NCBI GenBank assembly: GCA_028534125.1
Contig: CM052816.1
Location: 59,460,001 to 59,524,000 of the forward strand
Source: Lama glama
Taxonomy: Eukaryota
Direction of reading: 5' to 3'
DNA length: 64,000 nucleotides
The notes under the pieces were generated by a model. That model worked only from the letters and a program-made list of their open reading frames with translations, did no database searches and had not been told where the DNA came from. How positions within the stretch are numbered: position 1 is the stretch's first letter; each line of letters starts with the position of its first letter. The translations under genes and the position numbers were made by a program. Below are positions 25,297-38,172 of this stretch, piece after piece.

Positions 25297-25440
25297 TTTT
25301 TTTTTTAACATTTTTTATTGATTTATAATCATTTTACAATGTTGTGTCAAATTCCAGTGTTCAGCACAATTTTTCAGTCATTCGTGGACATATACACACT
25401 CATTGTCACATTTTTTTCTCTGTGATTTATCATAATATCA
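25297..25440 (-). mobile_element. Young lineage-specific L1 3' end, severely 5'-truncated
   Basis: Poly-T then aacattttttattgatttataatcattttacaatgttgtgtcaaattccagtgt; ccttcct repeated on both flanks. Confidence 0.8.
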
Positions 25441-25932
25441 TTCCTTCCTGTTGGTTCAAATTTACAAGATGCTTCAGATGGAAAATTTGATCGCCTAATG
25501 TCTCAATATCTCATTGCCCACAGTTAAAACCTAAAAGCAAGATGGCAGCCATATTGAAAATCACTTTTACTGCTGAAAAGTGAGGACAACAGAGCTGGTG
25601 TTGGCTAATTATTATGAACTGTTGAAGACAACAATGATGGAAACAGTAAGAGCTAACAATTACGGAGTGTTTACTATGCACCAGTGACTGTACCAGGCAT
25701 GGTATCTCATAGTAGCAGAGGATAATAAAACCCCAAGGCAATTATCTTGGAAACTTAGGTACTCTCATTTTTGTTTAATTCCACAGTAAAATGTGGGGCT
25801 GATTCTGTCCAAATAGTTGTTTCAGTTAATTCATTTTGATATGCTAGTAAAAGGATGCAGACTTATTTCTACAAGTCTGATGCCCCACCCTACCCCACCC
25901 CACAGGCATCTGGACTAGGGACCAGTCTCCAA

Positions 25933-26189
25933 GGCATGGTGTATTGTGTAAGAGTTCTAGAACCAGATTATCTGGGTTCAATTATCAGCATCATTACTCA
26001 CTAGCTGTGTGACCTTGGAGAAGTTTTAAAATTTCTTTGTGTTTCAGTTTCCTTCTTTTAAAACAAAGATAATACTTGTAAACCTTCATAGTTGCCGGAT
26101 AGATTGAATTCACTCACACACGGAAAGCGCCTGGACTAGCGCCTGACATAGAGTAAGGGCTCATTAAGTACTAGCTATCACTATCACTG
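25933..26189 (+). mobile_element. MIR, near full length
   Basis: ctgggttcaatt...cactagctgtgtgaccttggagaagtt...tcagtttccttcttttaaaa...gcctgacatagagtaagggctcattaa. Confidence 0.85.
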
Positions 26190-27429
26190 TCGCTGTCTCC
26201 TGGCTCTCTGCAGGAATTTAAAGTGTTTGACTTTGTTATAAACTCTGTTTTCCACTATGGCAAATAAAATAATCCAAAGATCTTCATTAATATTTCAAAA
26301 CCTCCTAGAGAAGTTTTAATAGGTATTACTGCCTGTATGACTATTCATGTTTGTACTCAGTAATAATTTTCAGGATAATGTGATGAGCTAGAGAAGTCTC
26401 AAAAAATCTACTTTTAATGAAACTATCTTTTTGAGACGTAATCAGTAAAGCAGCTTGATTTTAAAGAAGTTACTTCTGGCTAGGGAGAATGTAATAAGCA
26501 TACAGCACAGTGCCTGGCATGGGGTAGATAATAAAGGTCACTACCACCATTATTAAGGGAACGTCTTCATATCTGTTTTGTGTTCCTTATTAAGACTTTA
26601 TCACACAGTGAGCTTTCCTTCTTCGGGCTGTATTTGTTACAACTTGTGAACACTGCAAATGTTAACTTTTTAAAGCAGTATAACCATAATTTCCCCTTCC
26701 CTGAACTTTCTGGCTAAAAATATCTGCATGATCCTCTTTTCTAAAGCTGGAATTAGAAAAATTTAACCTGGGTGTGAAAGGATAAATCAATTAGCACATG
26801 TACACCCTTCACGACAGCATTCTGTTGGGAGCTGCTTATAACTAAGGCCTCCAACTTCAGGTTCATCCATAGAATCTGTCTCAAATGTCACTGTGGTCAG
26901 TGTTCTATTAACATCAGCTCAAAGCAAGCAAGTGCACCAGAGGAGTCAAGTTTCAGTCCTTTTCTTGATGAGGATCAGTAACTCTAGGAACAGAACCACT
27001 GGGATAAAATACCTGCTATAAAAACATTTCCTTTGCCTGAGCAAACTCATTTAGTCTATGCTCTACTGGAAAATGGTGTTTCAATAGGGAGTCTTTTCAT
27101 TATTGTAATGTGTCACAAATTATCTCAGATATAATCTAAAATGTGCTTATTATTTAGTGACACATATTCATTTCAAGAAAAAACCCAGGCGATAAATTTT
27201 AAAAAAGGAAAATTAAAATCACCCACGTAATAGCTCTACAAAAACAAAGTACTGTGAACACTGTGGCCCACAGCTTTCTGGATTATTTTTCTGTGTGTAC
27301 ATGTGATTTTTGCTGTTATTAACATTTGGGGAATTTTGAAGGCCTGAATTTTTACGTTGTTAGTTATGCAACTTCTCCTTCCTGGCTTCTCTATCTGTAT
27401 CATACTTGATGTCATTCCTCACGTCAAGA

Positions 27430-28025
27430 TGATGACACTGCTAAGTTGTGTTTTTAGCTATTGCTACTTTGATTTCCTTTCTTTCATTTGAATTTTTAGT
27501 CTATTTGAAATTGGTTTGGTTTAGGAGTGAGCAAGAAACCTAACTTTATGTTTCTTCAAATGGCTGCCCTGTTGCTCAGACACAACTTACTAAATAATCC
27601 ATTCCTCCCTGTTGATCTAAGGTACATCTTTGTCATGTATAAGTTCACAGCCTAAGGTTTGTTTCAGCACTTTCCATTCTGATTTGTTGACTCATCTATC
27701 TATTCCTGCATAAAACCACATCTATTAATTATTATGTTTGGTATTTTTAGCAAAATTTGGCAATTTATACAAGGCCTGTGCTTATCTTAAGTTTAATTAT
27801 AGGCATTCTACCATTACCTTTCAAAACATACTAAATTGTTCTCATAATATATGCACAGTATATACATTTAAATGGTATAAATGCTACAAAAATGTAAGTA
27901 GTGTAAAGTCTCCCTCCCTTTCCTTCTCTGTCAGCTACTTTCCCATCCCGGAGCCAATTGCTGTTTCTCACATAAACTTCCAGTGTTGTTCTATGTATAT
28001 GTAAACACAGAAATAGGATGTTACA
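27430..28025 (-). mobile_element. Ancient L1ME fragments (ORF2 and 3' UTR)
   Basis: ttcaaatggctgccctgttgctcagacacaacttactaaataatcc...ctatctattcctgcataaaaccaca (ORF2 antisense) followed by 3' UTR-like sequence. Confidence 0.6.
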
Positions 28026-29268
28026 GTGGCACTTTCAGCCAAGACCCTAAGAGGACAGATATTAGAGTCCCAGATACCAATGGGAATGTCTCAGTCTAAA
28101 TCACCAGTGGAAACAGAAACCAGTTTCATGACCGTTAAACTCTGTACCCACTGTGTGGATATAAAATGGTTGGTGACTGATGGGACAGGAAAGCGAGATG
28201 GATCTGTGATGGCGAAGAGGATTTCTTTGGAGAGAGCAGAGCAGGGCATCCCATTTCCCACCTGCCTCAGGTGTAGAGAGAATCTTCCATGGGACTACTT
28301 TCAACATGTGGCCCTGCCAAGTGACAGACACTCCCTCTCCCCTGAGAATCAGAGACAACAGAAGCGGGCAGATGACTAAAGGGTGAAGCTATAGGAGTGC
28401 AGGCCACGTGTTGGGTCTGCAAGGTCACGTGTGTCAACACAAAAGGTCTGTGAGTGATTCTCAGGCACCAGGTGTGGGTCACACAGGAGATGGAGACAGA
28501 AGGGGCAGCAGGAGGAGGAGGGGGTGTTAAGTCACTCACAATAGTCTATGGAGACGGGGAAGAGACCTCAGCAGTGAGAAGCTGAGATGGGCTGCAAGTT
28601 TCCCAAGAGGAAGAGCAGGCAACGCCCCTAAGGAGAGCCCATCACGTGCCTCGGGGGAATGCAGGTGAGGTACTTCCAATGGAGGGAGGGTTGCCTCTAA
28701 GAAACCACAATGGTATCCTTTGAATAGGATGGCCAACCATCTCAACTGACCTGGATGAGGGGATTTCACAGACATGGACTTTCATTTCAAAACTGGGAAG
28801 GTCCTGGCAACCTGGGGCAAGTTGGTTACCCTATACCTGAGTAAAAACGTCCATTTCTAACATCTGTCAGACCCAGGAGGTGTAAAGCCATTCTAAGAGA
28901 GCAGGTCCGGTTCTTACTTTCATGTTCCCTTTACCTCTCGGCCTGTCACCCTGGACTGGTGAGAAACAAGAAATCTGAAGCAGCAGAGTAAAGCTAGAAA
29001 GAGCAAGTTGCATCTGGGAGAGTGGGTGCCAGAGTAACTCCGAGCTGGCAGTTTTGACTATGACATGGGTCTGGGCATTCTAACGTCTGCAGGGAGACTG
29101 AGAAATCTAAAGTGAGACTGGTGATCCAATGTGATACAAAACTTGGTGTAACTCACAAGTGATCAGAAAAGTCATGGAACTGAATTTTTATCCAGGGTCA
29201 GTGGGACACAAAATAAAGCTGCTTTGTGATTTCACTCCATGAGTGCTGTTTCAATATGCTAGCTTTAT
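28026..29268 (+). mobile_element. Ancient Gypsy-type LTR (MamGypLTR-like)
   Basis: GA-rich ~1.2 kb block; 3' end aaagtgagactg...agtgatcagaaaagtcatggaac...cagtgggacacaaaataaagctgctttgtgatttcactccatgagt resembles MamGypLTR 3' ends, including AATAAA. Confidence 0.6.
28726..28832. mobile_element. MER94-like hAT-Blackjack MITE nested in the LTR
   Basis: Imperfect TIRs aggatggccaacc...gttggttaccct; internal ggactttcatttcaaaactgggaaggtcctggcaa. Confidence 0.75.
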
Positions 29269-29289
29269 ATTTATGAGTTAAAAAACCCT

Positions 29290-30250
29290 ACAAAGGTGCA
29301 GTAAGTTACACATCCTACTCTGCTTTACTTTTTTCATGTGACCATGTACTTGGGAGCTTATCCAATGGACAGATAGAGCTGCCTCATTCTTTGGTAAGTT
29401 ACAAGGTTTTCCCTGGTTGGGTGGTCATGTTTTGTTTAACTAGTTCTCGAATGATGGCTATCAAGGAAAAAAACACTGTTTTCCTATTACAATCAACTGT
29501 TAATATCAATTTCTCATGTTTGAATATAATCTAGGAGTGGAACCTAGGTTGAAAGATAGTCATTTAAATTTTGCTGATTACTAATGAATTTCCACCCAAA
29601 GAGGAGGCACTAATTTACATTCCATTCAAAAATATATGCTAGAATGCTTATTCACCGCCCCCACCCCGCCCCAACACTCATCAACATACGTGCTATCAAG
29701 CGCATCTGAGATATGGAGAATAGCAGATGATAATTAAATCTGTGTTTCTCTTATTATGACCGAGATTTCATGTGTTTAAGAGTTACTCGTATTTTCTCTT
29801 TTAGAACTGGCTTTGCTTATTCTAATGTAGATTTGCATTTTTAAAAATTGATTTTTAGGAACTACTTAAGTATTAAGGAAATCAGTCATCTGTCTTTAAT
29901 GTGTTTTACAAATATTTCCATGCACTTAACTTTCTATTCATCGTATGTATGGTATGGTATTATACGGAAAATCTGATTTTTATATATTTTAATTTTTCAA
30001 CTTTTAAAAGTGGTCTCTGGGTTTTTTTGTCATATTTAGGGAAATACTTTATATTCAGATTATAGAAACATTATGTCATATTTTAATATTTTTGTGATTT
30101 CTTTTTACATTGAAATCTTTGATTTCATATATATTTTTAATGTAATAAGACATTGACAAAAATTTTTTTCCAAGCTGTCCAAAAGACATTATTCAAACAG
30201 TCCCCATTTTCTCTCACTGACTTGTAATGCCATTTTTATCACAGAATTAC
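29290..30250 (-). mobile_element. L1ME 3' region (continuation after the LTR)
   Basis: gatagagctgcctcattctt...ctaggagtggaa...cactaatttacattcca...tgtgtttctcttattatga. Confidence 0.65.
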
Positions 30251-30854
30251 TCCCTAAATAATCATTAGGCCCAGATTGGGCTTCATAGTTGAATTTTACC
30301 AAATGGTTATGAAACTAACCCCAATGCTATTTAAACTCATCTGAATAGGAAAAAAAGAAAGCTTCATACAAATAAATGAAAGTTTTTAGGCAGTAGCTTT
30401 TCGACATGTTTTCCTATTTCTTTTTGTAAATTGATTTTTTTTTCTTTTTTCTGAAGACCACACAGTTCTGGAAAACCACACAGTTCATCCAGATTTTCAA
30501 TTTTACTTGTCTAGAGTTCAGTTTATCATTGTTTGTGTTCCTTTGTACTTGTGATTATTTACCTATTCTTCCTTCCTTTAAATATATTTTTGCTTAATTT
30601 TATTCTTGATAAGATTAACTAATAGTCTATCTCTTCTGCTGGGTTCCTTATTGTTGGGTTTATTGATTTTACTACATTTTTTGCTTTTTAATTGATTAAT
30701 TTGCGGTATTACTTTTACTCTTTTCTTGAGTTTCCTTTCCAGTTCATATTCTAAATTTTTGAATCAAGTACTTAATTCTTTCTTATTAATATAAATATGA
30801 CATTTCCTTTCAGCATTGCTGTAGCTACATTCCATAGACTCTACTATGTAGTTT

Positions 30855-31982
30855 TTTCTCAAAACTAAGATATAGTTGATTTAAAACATTATATTAGTTT
30901 CAGGTAAACAATGGTGACTCAGAATCTTTATAGATTATACTTCATTTAAAGTTATTCTAAAACATTGGCTATATTCTCTGTGCTGTACAATATATCCTTG
31001 TAGTTTATTTTATACGTAGTAGTTTGTACCTCTTAATTCTCTACCTTTACCTTGCCCCTCCTCACCTCCTTCTCCCTACTGGTAACTACTAGCTTGTTCT
31101 CTATGTCTGCGATTGTTTGTTTTGTTATAGTAATTTGTCTTATTTTTTAGATTCCACATATAAGTGATATAATACAATATTTGCCTTTCTCTGTCTGACT
31201 TATTTCACTAAGCATAATAATCTCCAGGTTCATCCATGTTGTTGCACATGGCAGAATTTCATTCTTTTTTATAGCTGAGTAGTAGTATACTGTGTGTGTT
31301 CATATATATATATATGTGTGTGTATATTTACACCATGTCTTCTTATCCATTCGTTTGTTGACAGACACTCAAGTTGCTTCCATATCTTGGCAATTATAAA
31401 TAATGCTGCTATGAACACTGGAATGCATGTATCTTCTCAAATTAGTGTTTTTGTTTTCTTCAAATATATGCCCAGGAAAGTTGCTTTTCCCCTGCTGCTT
31501 TTAATATTCTCTCTGTATCTTTAATTTTTGCCACTTCTATTACAGTATGTCTTGTAGTCCTCCTTGGGTTGGTCCCTTCTCTGTGCTTCTGGGACTAGGG
31601 TGACTGTTTCCTTTCCCAGGTTAGGGAAGTCTTCAGCTATTATGTCATCAAGTATTCTCTGCCCTTTTCTCTCTCTCCTTCTGTGATCCCTATAATGTGA
31701 ATGTTAGTGTGCTTGATGTTGTCCCAGTGGTCTCAAACTGTGCTCATTTCTTTTTGTTTTTTTTTTTTTCTTTTGGCTTCAGTGATCCACTACTCTGTAC
31801 TCCAGCGTGCTGATCTGTTTCTCTGTATCATTCAATCTACAGTTGATTCCCACTAGTGTATTTTTTCATTTCATTTATTGTATTCTTCATCTGTTTGGTT
31901 GTACTTTATATTTTCCAACTCTTTGTTAATACCTTTTAACTTCTCACTCTATTCATTCCTTGTCTTCCCAAGTTCTTTGAGG
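30855..31982 (-). mobile_element. L1 with large internal deletion (ORF1 fused to ORF2 C-terminus and 3' UTR)
   Basis: 30855-31477 is L1 3' UTR and ORF2 end (ttagattccacatataagtgat; aataatgctgctatgaaca; atatatgcccagga). 31478-31982 is ORF1 antisense (ttgcttttcccctgctgcttttaatattctctc = ERILKAAGEKQ on the minus strand). Confidence 0.85.
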
Positions 31983-32206
31983 TTGTCAGTAGAAGGATAC
32001 TATACCTGGGTTACACTTTTAAGGCCTTGATGTGGCATGAAAGAAAGGACACTGAGGCTATGAGACCCTGAGTCTAGTTTTGGCTTTCTTACCTTCTGTG
32101 GGATCTAGAGGAGATCGCTGACACCACTAGATTTCAATTCTTCTGGAAAAAAAAAATGCAGCTCACCCTGTCTCTTTCTGGAATACTTCAAGAGTTAAGC
32201 ACTCCA

Positions 32207-32320
32207 GTGGGGAGAGTAATAGCACAGGGGCAGGGCACATGCTCTGCACGCATGAGGTCCTGGGTTCAATTCCCAGTACCTCCACTAAAAATAAGTAAAT
32301 AAAATAGTTTCAAACAAGAA
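32207..32320 (+). mobile_element. tRNA-derived SINE (vic-1 type)
   Basis: ggggagagtaatagcacagggg...gcatgaggtcctgggttcaattcccagtacctcc plus A-rich tail; degenerate TSD aagagttaagcactcca / aagagttgagctcca. Confidence 0.85.
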
Positions 32321-32545
32321 AAGAGTTGAGCTCCATATAAGGTTAAAGCACCTGAGTTTGCCTCTGATGCCATCACTTAATTTGACTTTGGGCAAGTACC
32401 CAATCCCTTTAAGAAATGGATTTCTCCAGTGTAAAATTATAATAAAATTAGCCTGCTTCAAACAGTTGTGGTGATGATTAATAGAGATTATCCAAAAAAG
32501 TTGTTTATCAGTGTGCCTCATACAAAGTACCCAACAACTGGTGTC
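32321..32545 (+). mobile_element. MIR
   Basis: tgactttgggcaagtacccaatccc...gtgtaaaattataataaaa...gttgtggtgatgattaa. Confidence 0.65.
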
Positions 32546-33169
32546 TTAAACAAGCAAACAGGCAAATGGAGGAATACATAAACAAGACTACAAAGAGCGC
32601 TAGTCTAGGCTGAGTGCACTTAGCTTTATAGTTGTGGGCAGTTCCTTTTACTGCTCTCATCTTTTGCTTCCTCAATAAACTATTATTCAGAAGGCGTTCT
32701 GAGTGACACCACATGGCACAACACCTCTGGTCCTCAGTTTCCCCATTGGCACAATGACAGGGTCAACTAGCTGAGTTTTTTTTTTAATATCTCTTCCATC
32801 TCTAACTTTCCATGAGCTCATTGTGGTTGTAACCCCCAATATCGGTGATCCTGGGCTCAGTCATATATATTCTGCTCCTCATTATCCACGCTCCAGGCCA
32901 TCAAAAAACCCACTGCTCTTCCACTTTTGGATACAGTGCAATATCCACATTGCTCTGATAGTCAAACATAAGCAAACACATACACACTTCATTCTTCCAT
33001 ATTTATTCTATGTTTCCTTTTGACTTGATACCCCTGATGGAATTAATCCTAAATGTGCTCCCAGATGACCCTTAAAATTCACAACCACTGAAGAAAAAGT
33101 TAATACACTTGCAAATAAGGAAGGGTAGATTGTATTTAAAGTCATTATATGTATTTTCTTGAATCAGGA

Positions 33170-33370
33170 GGGAAAGGTATGGTACAAACAAAGCTTTCAT
33201 GACAGACAAACTTGAACTTGAATGTTAACTGACTGTACTTTACCAGCTGTGTGACCTCAGGCTAGTTATTCAATCTCCCTAATCTTTAATTTCCTCATCA
33301 GTATAATGGGGGTCAGTGATAGCCCAGTATACTGTTGAGAAAATTAAATGAAATAATGATGTAATAGTAC
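33170..33370 (+). mobile_element. MIR
   Basis: taccagctgtgtgacctcaggctagttattcaatctccctaatctttaatttcctcatcagtataatggg. Confidence 0.8.
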
Positions 33371-35429
33371 TCTAAACATTCTTTCTTTCTCTCTTGTATG
33401 AGAAGTTTAGATTACAAAATGTCTATCCCGGTCAACCAGGACCTTGGATGCCGAGTTTTTGATCTAGGGCTACAATTGAATGGCAATGCTCTTTGATGCT
33501 ACTTAAAAAAAATTTTTTTTTAATTGGGAAAACTATTTCAGTGAATGAGGCCTCCAGACATTATTCACTGCAGTGTTATTCAACATTTTAAGATTCTGTG
33601 GTCTTCCCTAAATTTCTAACTGTCCTGTGTACCACCACGTGAAGGGATATGGCTATAAGGAAGGAAACAAGTCTTGGGGAGAGGACTGTGGGGGTGATGG
33701 AGCTCTGAGGACCTGCCCACCTACTGGCATGGAAGAGCTGGTGGCAGAGTGTCACGGCAGAGAGGAAAAGGGAGAAGGTGAGGATAAAAGGAGGCAAAAT
33801 GCTGATAAATTGGAAAATAAATCTTATTTTCTGGTCTTTTTGCTCTGACCAACTGGTGGTAGATATTCTAACAAACAGTAGAATCTCTCAAATATTAACT
33901 ACAGAGAAACTCTTCAGGTCTGGTGACATGAACAAAAAAATCAAAACTGAGTAAGTGAAAAACTGAACATCTAAATGCTGATTAACCGAGAGTTGGCTCT
34001 AAAAAAGAATGAAAACATCTGCTGGCTTCTTTGAAGGAAAAAAAAATCCCTTTGGGTTTTTCCTGCAACAAATCCTGTTCTCAATTTTCTCTTTGGGAGG
34101 GATCCAGGAAAAAAATGACCTCTCCCATTCTAGTAATGAATTTCTATTCCCTTTTGAACTTTAAATATGTTAATTTAATCCCCAGATGGTCACCAAAAAA
34201 TATGTATTTTCAAAGCACAGATCTTGATACATCACTTCAGGGTTGGCCCCTGCCCTGTTGCTCTGATTTCTCTGGTTCTACACCGAGCTCATCAAGGGGA
34301 AGGATGCCCAGCCCAGCCCAGGCCTGTACCACCAGTGTTTACAAGAATTTTGTCTTTCTGTCACAATGTCCTTTCACTGAATTGAAGCCTTCCCAAGCCT
34401 CCAACAATTTCAGAGACTGGCTAAGAATTGTCAGTGGAATGGGATCAAAACCACACAACTCTTCATTTCTGGACTTGAAATTAGCAGCATTCAGAACATA
34501 TTATCCTTCAATATGGTAAATACTGCCCAACTGGGATTTTACTTATTTTTTTAGTAAGCTTATATTTATAAAATAATTCAAGTGCTTGCCTTCATAAAAT
34601 ATATATATAGTATGTTAATCTGAAGGTCAAAGAACATTTCATAAACCTGAGTCTAAGTGAAGCAAACAGGATGATCCAATGGGCTTGTGCTTCTGGTAAT
34701 ACTGACACCTGCTGCCTCTAAGTGTCTAGTTGGTTAGAAGTAGATTCCTTATAAGGTGGGGAGTCATCGTCTTCATATGGGATTCTCTGGCATTTATCAA
34801 GCACAGGGGCCTATACTAGAGACGGGCAACCAGAAGCTATAGGAGAGCTCGTCCCTGTCCTCGGGGACCTCCCCATTTCCTCAGCGGCATCCTGACCTGC
34901 TCCCATGGTCATCCCAAGTTCTCCAACGTATGCAAGTGGGCCAAAGCTGCACATAGAGAAAGCATTGTGTGACCTTCTGAGTGCGGATATAACCATTTAT
35001 CAAAGCACTGGACAAACATCTAAAGATTTATTGGAACCATTCGCAAATTATTAATTCAACAAACCTTTATCGAGGCGCTGCTTTGTAGGTTAGGAACTGT
35101 AAGAAAAGGCACAGATAACGAGTCACAGGCCTCCTTTCAAGGAACCTATAGTAAAGTTGAGCAGCTAAGAGGTGTACACAGCCCCATAACACGAGGAAGA
35201 AATCCACATCCTTGAACTACATAATCCCCGTCACTATGGCCACTTCTTACACCCAGTGATGACTTCTGTATTTTGTCCTTCTCACTGGCTCTCTACCTAC
35301 TTTGTTTCCTTCCTGCTTAACAAGTTTTGGAAGCAGCCTCTAACAAGAAGGCATAGAAGAAAATAATGATACACTATTATTAGGGGAAAAAAAAGCATTG
35401 CCATCATCAGCCATGTCCTGAAATCCTGC

Positions 35430-36045
35430 TGGTCCACGCTCTGAACAAAATGGCCTCAAGAGTCTTGTGTCTTTAACACTTCATGTTCTCTCCACCTCAC
35501 TCACCTTTTTATGTTGGCACATGCACCCTGGTCTGGCCTGCTGGAACCCTACCTGTCCTAATAGCTTAAGCTCTAATTTATCAGTGATTGACCAGCTTCT
35601 GTCCTTGCTGCTCTCTTCCTCCCATATTCCCTTTGAGCTTATTATTCAACCTCATCCCCTTACTTTCAACACACCAGCTCTTCAGTGTTCCTTTCTCTCC
35701 CCATTGATTATCCTCACAAGTGATTTTCTTCCTTCCTTATTCAAACTAGACACAAAGCACCACTTTCACCACTTTTTGTTCTACCTGCCTGCCCAATCCC
35801 CAAACCTGGATCAACCAAAATATCTGCTATTTCCTATTTTTATCTGTCACTCAACTGCCCATTGCTGTTTCTGTACACACAAGGTCTCCAAAATCACATG
35901 CTCCTTTGTGTTCTCTGTGTCCTTTAAAAAGAAACCTCCTTTTGTCCTCTTTCATTTTCCACAAGCCAGAATTTCACTCCTCTCTCTGACAGTGCCTCTC
36001 TCCATTTCTTCTGTCCCCTTACTTCATAGGAAAAATTAAAGTCAT
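35430..36045 (+). mobile_element. L2 internal fragment
   Basis: Pyrimidine-rich, with ccaatccccaaacctggatcaacc (PQPWINP-like L2 ORF2 segment). Confidence 0.5.
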
Positions 36046-36330
36046 CATGTAGGACAGCATAGTGATTCAGTTATACACATATATATATTCCTTTTCATAT
36101 TCTTTTCCGTTATAAACTATTACAAGGTATTGAATATAGTTCCCTGTGCCATACAGTGAGACCTTGCTGTTTATCTATTTTATGTATAGTAGTTAGTATT
36201 TGCAAATCCTGAACTCCCACTTTATCCCTCCCAGCTAGTAAACATAAGTTTGTTTTCTATATCTATGAGTCCGTTTATATTTTGTAAGTAAGTTCATCTG
36301 TGTCCACATATGAGTGATATCATATGGTTT
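36046..36330 (-). mobile_element. L1 3' end fragment (cetartiodactyl-type)
   Basis: cagcatagtgattcagttatacacat...ttgaatatagttccctgtgccatacag...tccacatatgagtgatatcatatgg. Confidence 0.85.
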
Positions 36331-36714
36331 GTTTCTTGTTAGTCATTATAAACCTAGAATTTATGAGAACAAGGTCGACATTCACCAACGCAGGGGACAA
36401 TCAGACCAGTCTCAGGTCTGTCAACAGTAAGGTGACAGGGAGGGGAAGGGATGGCGCTCATGGAAGTTAATAAAAATGGGACTTCAGAAGATCCTCAACA
36501 GAAGAAAACTACCCCTAGAAAGTTTTTCACTCCCAATCAATTGATTTTAACAACAGTAAACTATACTGATAAACAGGCCTGGTCAGGAGTTGTTCAGCAC
36601 AGTTGCTAAGTCTTTCCTGGAGGAATGGTCTTTGGGGAAACAGCTCTCCAAGTCAAATCTGTCTTTAGGCAAAGACTTCGCTCAATCCTCTGTGAGAAAC
36701 TCTCGCAGACAGAA

Positions 36715-36915
36715 GCAGAGTAGCATGGTCCACGCTAAGGAGGACTCAAAGCCTGGGTCTGAATCAAACTTCAGATAAGATACTTCTTTAAATCTTGGTT
36801 TCCTCACTTGTAAACTGGCGACAACAGTATCTACTTAAAGGGTGGTTCCAAGGGTTAGTTAGAAAGCCCTTAGCTTTATAGACAACACAGTTACCTATAA
36901 TTCGTGATTATTACA
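36715..36915 (+). mobile_element. MIR
   Basis: gcagagtagcatggt...cttggtttcctcacttgtaaactgg...tatctacttaaagggtggtt. Confidence 0.6.
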
Positions 36916-38020
36916 TTTGTCTTTACATCTAAGACCTCATCCAGCCCTAAGTTTAGAAAGAATCTTTGCTGTCAGAAAACATATTCAAGGGTCATGCCTG
37001 AGTCTGAGGGCGTAGAAAGAAACTGTAGCTGCTGGTTGAACACACTGATTTGAAACTCACAGGCCAAGTCCCTTCAGCCAAGACAGAACATGAGCAGCCA
37101 GTTCTTTGTGGTAGGAAAATCTGAGGACTCCCTGGACCCAGTTACCCACAGAGGAGCTGGGTTCACAGTAGACGCTGTGGCTGAAAAAATGGACTGTAGC
37201 TACGGAGAGCGAAGCTAGACCTGGGTGAGTGGGGAACAACCCAATCAGAAGCTTTAGGAGGGAAAGGATTTGGGATTCAGCAGGGGGTGTCTTATATGAA
37301 GAAGGCAGTTTATGAATCAAAATATGCCCCTCCACCCAATAAAGTGCCATCGACCTGAACATCCTCTGCATCTCTACGTGGTAGATGTCCTGTCTGCCAA
37401 CAGACAGATAGCAATGTCTATGAACAGAGCTGTACCTGTGCTTATGAACACAAGTATACCTATAAACCTATCCATAGCTATAATCTATTACCTAGATCAC
37501 GATCTATAGTCTCTTATCTATTTGGAATACAAAGGCTATTCACCCAAGTGTTTGCAGCAGTTATCTCTAGATCTCTGGATGTGTGGGATTAAATTGATGT
37601 TAAGAATTTTTTTTTTTTTGCTGTTTTTCTGATGGGCATACACTGCTTCTGTAACAAGACAATAGCAAGACACTGGAAGGGAAAAATATTAGGGTGGCAT
37701 CAGCCTCCCCTTGCCTCTTGTGGGAAGGAGCACTGGGCAGACATGTCCTGAAGGAAAATTCTAGGAGGAGAAGGCGGATTGGGACAGAGTGTGGGCAGGT
37801 TTAAGGAAAATGCCTTGTATCTGCTCATAGGCTCCCTACTTGGCTTTTGTACATGGAATTTTATTTCAAGGCTATGTTCTATGTAATTTAGCTTTTTATG
37901 AAAGTAAAACTCAAAGTATTTTGATTTGGCCTTGTTGTTCACGTCTCTACTCTTCCCGATGTCAGCTCCTGTGTTCACATGGTTTCCCTGAAGCCAGAGG
38001 ATTAGAGAGAGGGGATTTTA

Positions 38021-38172
38021 TTTCTTTTGGTTTTTGTTTGTTTGTGTGTTGTTTTTTTTTTTGGAAGGGAGGGAGAGGTAATTAGGTATATGTATTTATT
38101 TCTTAACAGAGTTACTGAGGATTGAACCCAGGGCCTCATGCACGCACTCTACCACTGAGCTATACCCTCCCC
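38021..38172 (-). mobile_element. tRNA-derived SINE (vic-1 type, long form)
   Basis: Reverse complement ggggagggtatagctcagtggtagagtgc...ccctgggttcaatcctcagta...cctaattacctctccc plus A tail; TSD gaggggatttta (38009-38020) / gagtggatttta (38179-38190). Confidence 0.9.

Noticed and set aside
34031..34519. 162-aa plus-strand ORF
   Set aside because: TTG start, no recognisable homology and no convincing exon boundaries; consistent with a chance ORF.
35467..36039. 190-aa plus-strand ORF
   Set aside because: Low-complexity L/S/F/P-rich translation of pyrimidine-rich, L2-like sequence; non-ATG start; no recognisable domain.
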